This document shows, piece after piece, positions 34,671 to 37,598 of a DNA stretch of 37,598 nucleotides. The translations under genes and the position numbers were made by a program. Position 1 is the first letter of the stretch. Every line of letters begins with the position of its first letter. Origin of the DNA: Octopus bimaculoides (Eukaryota); contig NC_068991.1 of the NCBI RefSeq assembly GCF_001194135.2, positions 45,133,561 to 45,171,158 of the forward strand, in the 5' to 3' direction. The notes below the pieces were generated by a model that was not told where the DNA came from, searched no databases, and was given only the letters and a program-made list of their open reading frames with translations.

Positions 34671-34726
34671 GTTGTCATGGAGAGCACTTTTTCGTCCTCT
34701 TTCTGGACTCGTCAGTATGATATAAC
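34671..34726 (-). ncRNA. Minimal type I hammerhead ribozyme-like motif
   Basis: Minus strand CTGACGA-GTCC-agaaaga-GGAC-GAAA-AAGTGCTC-TC with stem I TCAT/ATGA plus GTT/AAC. Core and stem II are perfect; stem III is imperfect. Confidence 0.6.
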
Positions 34727-34888
34727 TCGGCATTTTAAGTTAATTAAGCTAAATTAAATTAAAAACGATCTATTTTTCTTTCTCTTCTTCTGGCAGTAGA
34801 GAAAAGACAGAAAGAGAGATAGAGATAGAGAGAGAAAAAAGCAACTTACATGTTTTTAATATGTTTTTAAAGCTACAATCCCTTCATG

Positions 34889-35060
34889 CGTCTCTGCATG
34901 CATACATACATACATACGTACATGCATACATACATACATACGTAATACATACATACATACATACATACATACATACATACATAACANNNNNNNNNNGTAC
35001 ATGCATACATACATACATACGTAATACATACATACATACATACATACATACATACATACA
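34889..35060. repeat. (TACA)n microsatellite with 10-N gap at 34987-34996
   Basis: Directly visible. Sequence is duplicated on both sides of the gap. Confidence 0.9.
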
Positions 35061-35294
35061 TAACATGCTATGACTGGGCTGTCAACTCCCGATGAAGTTG
35101 TAGGGGTGGCGTCGTAACACACGGCGTGTATTGAGTATTTTGTGACCTGGAGGGGCCAATCTCTCGCCCGGTCTGACTACGTACTGTTGATTCCTTTCTG
35201 AAATAGACATACAGAAAAGAAGAGTGATAGAGAGACAGAAAAGAAAAAAAAAAAAGAAGAAGAAGGATCTGCCCTGGGTTTGCTACAAGTTTGC

Positions 35295-35430
35295 TATTTA
35301 TCGACATCGAAAAGATAAAAGGCAAAATTGACCTCGGCCAGATTTGAGTTCAGAACGTAGGCAATGACACAATTACCACAAAGTAATTTATTAGGCGCTT
35401 TAATAATTCTGGCATTCGTCTGTCTATATA
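35295..35430 (-). mobile_element. SINE family A copy
   Basis: tttatcgacatcgaaaagataaaaggcaaaattgacctcggccagatttgagttcagaacgt is the reverse complement of the family core. Confidence 0.75.
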
Positions 35431-35473
35431 GATAAATATATAGATAGATAAATAAATAGGTAGGTGGGAAGGC

Positions 35474-35526
<53 letters not shown>

Positions 35527-35658
35527 CATCCATACATACACACACATACATACGTACGTACGTACTTGCATACATACATACATTAATGCATACCAACACA
35601 CAGACACACATACATACAAGTGTGTATGTGTGTATATACATGTATGTATGTATGTATG

Positions 35659-35689
<31 letters not shown>

Positions 35690-36014
35690 TGGTCTTTGTC
35701 ATTTACAGGTAGTTTGGACCTGCACGTCGAGCTTTGTTTTAAGACATGGGACTGGAAACAGTTGTGGATTGCTAAAAGTTTCTCATATTTACAAGTCCCT
35801 TCTTTCGAAGCGACCAGTGTTGTTGCAGGGAAAGAAAAGGTCCATACAGCTTCGTGCCATTAAAAAAAAAAACCATCATGTTCCACGCTGTAACACCACA
35901 CACACACACGCACACATACACACACGCACACACACATACACACACACACGTACACATACACACACACACAAACACACACATACACACACAAACACAGACA
36001 CGCACACACACACA

Positions 36015-36050
<36 letters not shown>

Positions 36051-36388
36051 TACACGTACAAAACACAGTGAGAAATATCGGGTGCGAATGTAACAATACA
36101 TACACGCTTCAAAATATTCACTCGCTTTGTTTATTCATTTGTTCTATCATTCACGTTCATTCATTCAGATTGTCAGTCCGTCACTCAATCATTTGTGTAT
36201 TGTGTCCTATCGCTATATCATTGACTTCTATACGTTTATTAATATTTATATCTATTTATTCTTCCAGTATTTTCTTCAATCAGTATCCGTTCATTCATAT
36301 TCGGTTGTCGTCCGTTCACCCGTTACTCCTACGTATCTATTCTTTCGTTGACACTATTACATGTCTATGCTTCTAACACGGAACCATA

Positions 36389-36497
36389 CGTCACGTCATG
36401 CCTCGTCACGTCACAACACGAAACGTCACGTTATGTAAGTTCAGATCACATTCGCACATATTTTACTTTCTATAATAAAGTACAATCGTTGACGTCA
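36389..36497. promoter_or_regulatory. Cluster of CRE-like motifs: five CGTCA half-sites and one TGACGTCA palindrome
   Basis: CGTCA at 36389, 36394, 36404, 36409 and 36424; TGACGTCA at 36490-36497. Confidence 0.3.
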
Positions 36498-37548
36498 TCC
36501 ACCTACCCGGTCTNNNNNNNNNNNNNNNNNNNNNNNNNNNNNNNNNNNNNNNNNNNNNNNNNNNNNNNNNNNNNNNNNNNNNNNNNNNNNNNNNNNNNNN
36601 NNNNNNNNNNNNNNNNNNNNNNNNNNNNNNNNNNNNNNNNNNNNNNNNNNNNNNNNNNNNNNNNNNNNNNNNNNNNNNNNNNNNNNNNNNNNNNNNNNNN
36701 NNNNNNNNNNNNNNNNNNNNNNNNNNNNNNNNNNNNNNNNNNNNNNNNNNNNNNNNNNNNNNNNNNNNNNNNNNNNNNNNNNNNNNNNNNNNNNNNNNNN
36801 NNNNNNNNNNNNNNNNNNNNNNNNNNNNNNNNNNNNNNNNNNNNNNNNNNNNNNNNNNNNNNNNNNNNNNNNNNNNNNNNNNNNNNNNNNNNNNNNNNNN
36901 NNNNNNNNNNNNNNNNNNNNNNNNNNNNNNNNNNNNNNNNNNNNNNNNNNNNNNNNNNNNNNNNNNNNNNNNNNNNNNNNNNNNNNNNNNNNNNNNNNNN
37001 NNNNNNNNNNNNNNNNNNNNNNNNNNNNNNNNNNNNNNNNNNNNNNNNNNNNNNNNNNNNNNNNNNNNNNNNNNNNNNNNNNNNNNNNNNNNNNNNNNNN
37101 NNNNNNNNNNNNNNNNNNNNNNNNNNNNNNNNNNNNNNNNNNNNNNNNNNNNNNNNNNNNNNNNNNNNNNNNNNNNNNNNNTATATATATATATATATAT
37201 ATATTATGCACACACACATAAACACACGCTCAGACATATACAAATATGCCTACACACATTGATATATATACATTCATACGCATACATATATACACACATA
37301 CATACATACGTTGTGAACTCTCGAAAGACCTTCTCTTTGAATTAGCATTGCGAAGTGGCCGAATATTCCAGACACATGTAACGTAAATTCTCAGGACCAA
37401 TGTAAGGCGTTAATGAACAGTCTGGACATTATCATCAAATTGATACGGTCCATCTGACGAAAATCTGCAGTGTTGCTGTCTACCCAACTTTATCCACAAT
37501 ACCTGGCTCCTCTCATAGCTCTGGCTCTCTCAGGCGTCCACCGCTTTC

Positions 37549-37550
<2 letters not shown>

Positions 37551-37598
<48 letters not shown>
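37551..37598. repeat. (CA)n microsatellite
   Basis: Directly visible. Confidence 0.95.

Noticed and set aside
35080-35135. CCGATGAAG...GTAA-CAC/GTG-TA hammerhead-like string
   Set aside because: Two core mutations, no stem II and an out-of-register stem I.
35709-35862. Possible exon after atttacag with two open frames
   Set aside because: No convincing donor and no family match, with microsatellites on both sides.

Overview
AT-rich eukaryotic genomic DNA from a gapped draft assembly, with 12 N-runs that mostly sit inside or next to microsatellites. The SINE families and simple-repeat density look coleoid cephalopod (octopus-like); this is inference from recognition, not a search. I found no complete protein-coding gene, rRNA, tRNA gene or CRISPR array. 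The window is mostly decayed mobile elements: two mariner DNA transposons, a Tigger-like MITE, a 2.6 kb 5'-truncated RTE LINE, five pieces of R4/Dong-like RLE LINEs, five Penelope-like (PLE) fragments, and many copies of several SINE-like families. A few weak host-exon candidates remain. The most interesting unannotated signal is a set of self-cleaving-ribozyme-like folds. The best is a type I hammerhead with a long extended stem I (22329-22426) inside a terminally redundant non-coding unit of about 357 nt (retrozyme/pLTR-like). Others are a second hammerhead with an intact core (34671-34726, minus), two decayed hammerhead relics near 14.1-14.4 kb, and a decayed HDV-like fold exactly at the 5' end of an R4-like LINE (6428-6495). 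Element boundaries are approximate and were read by eye.
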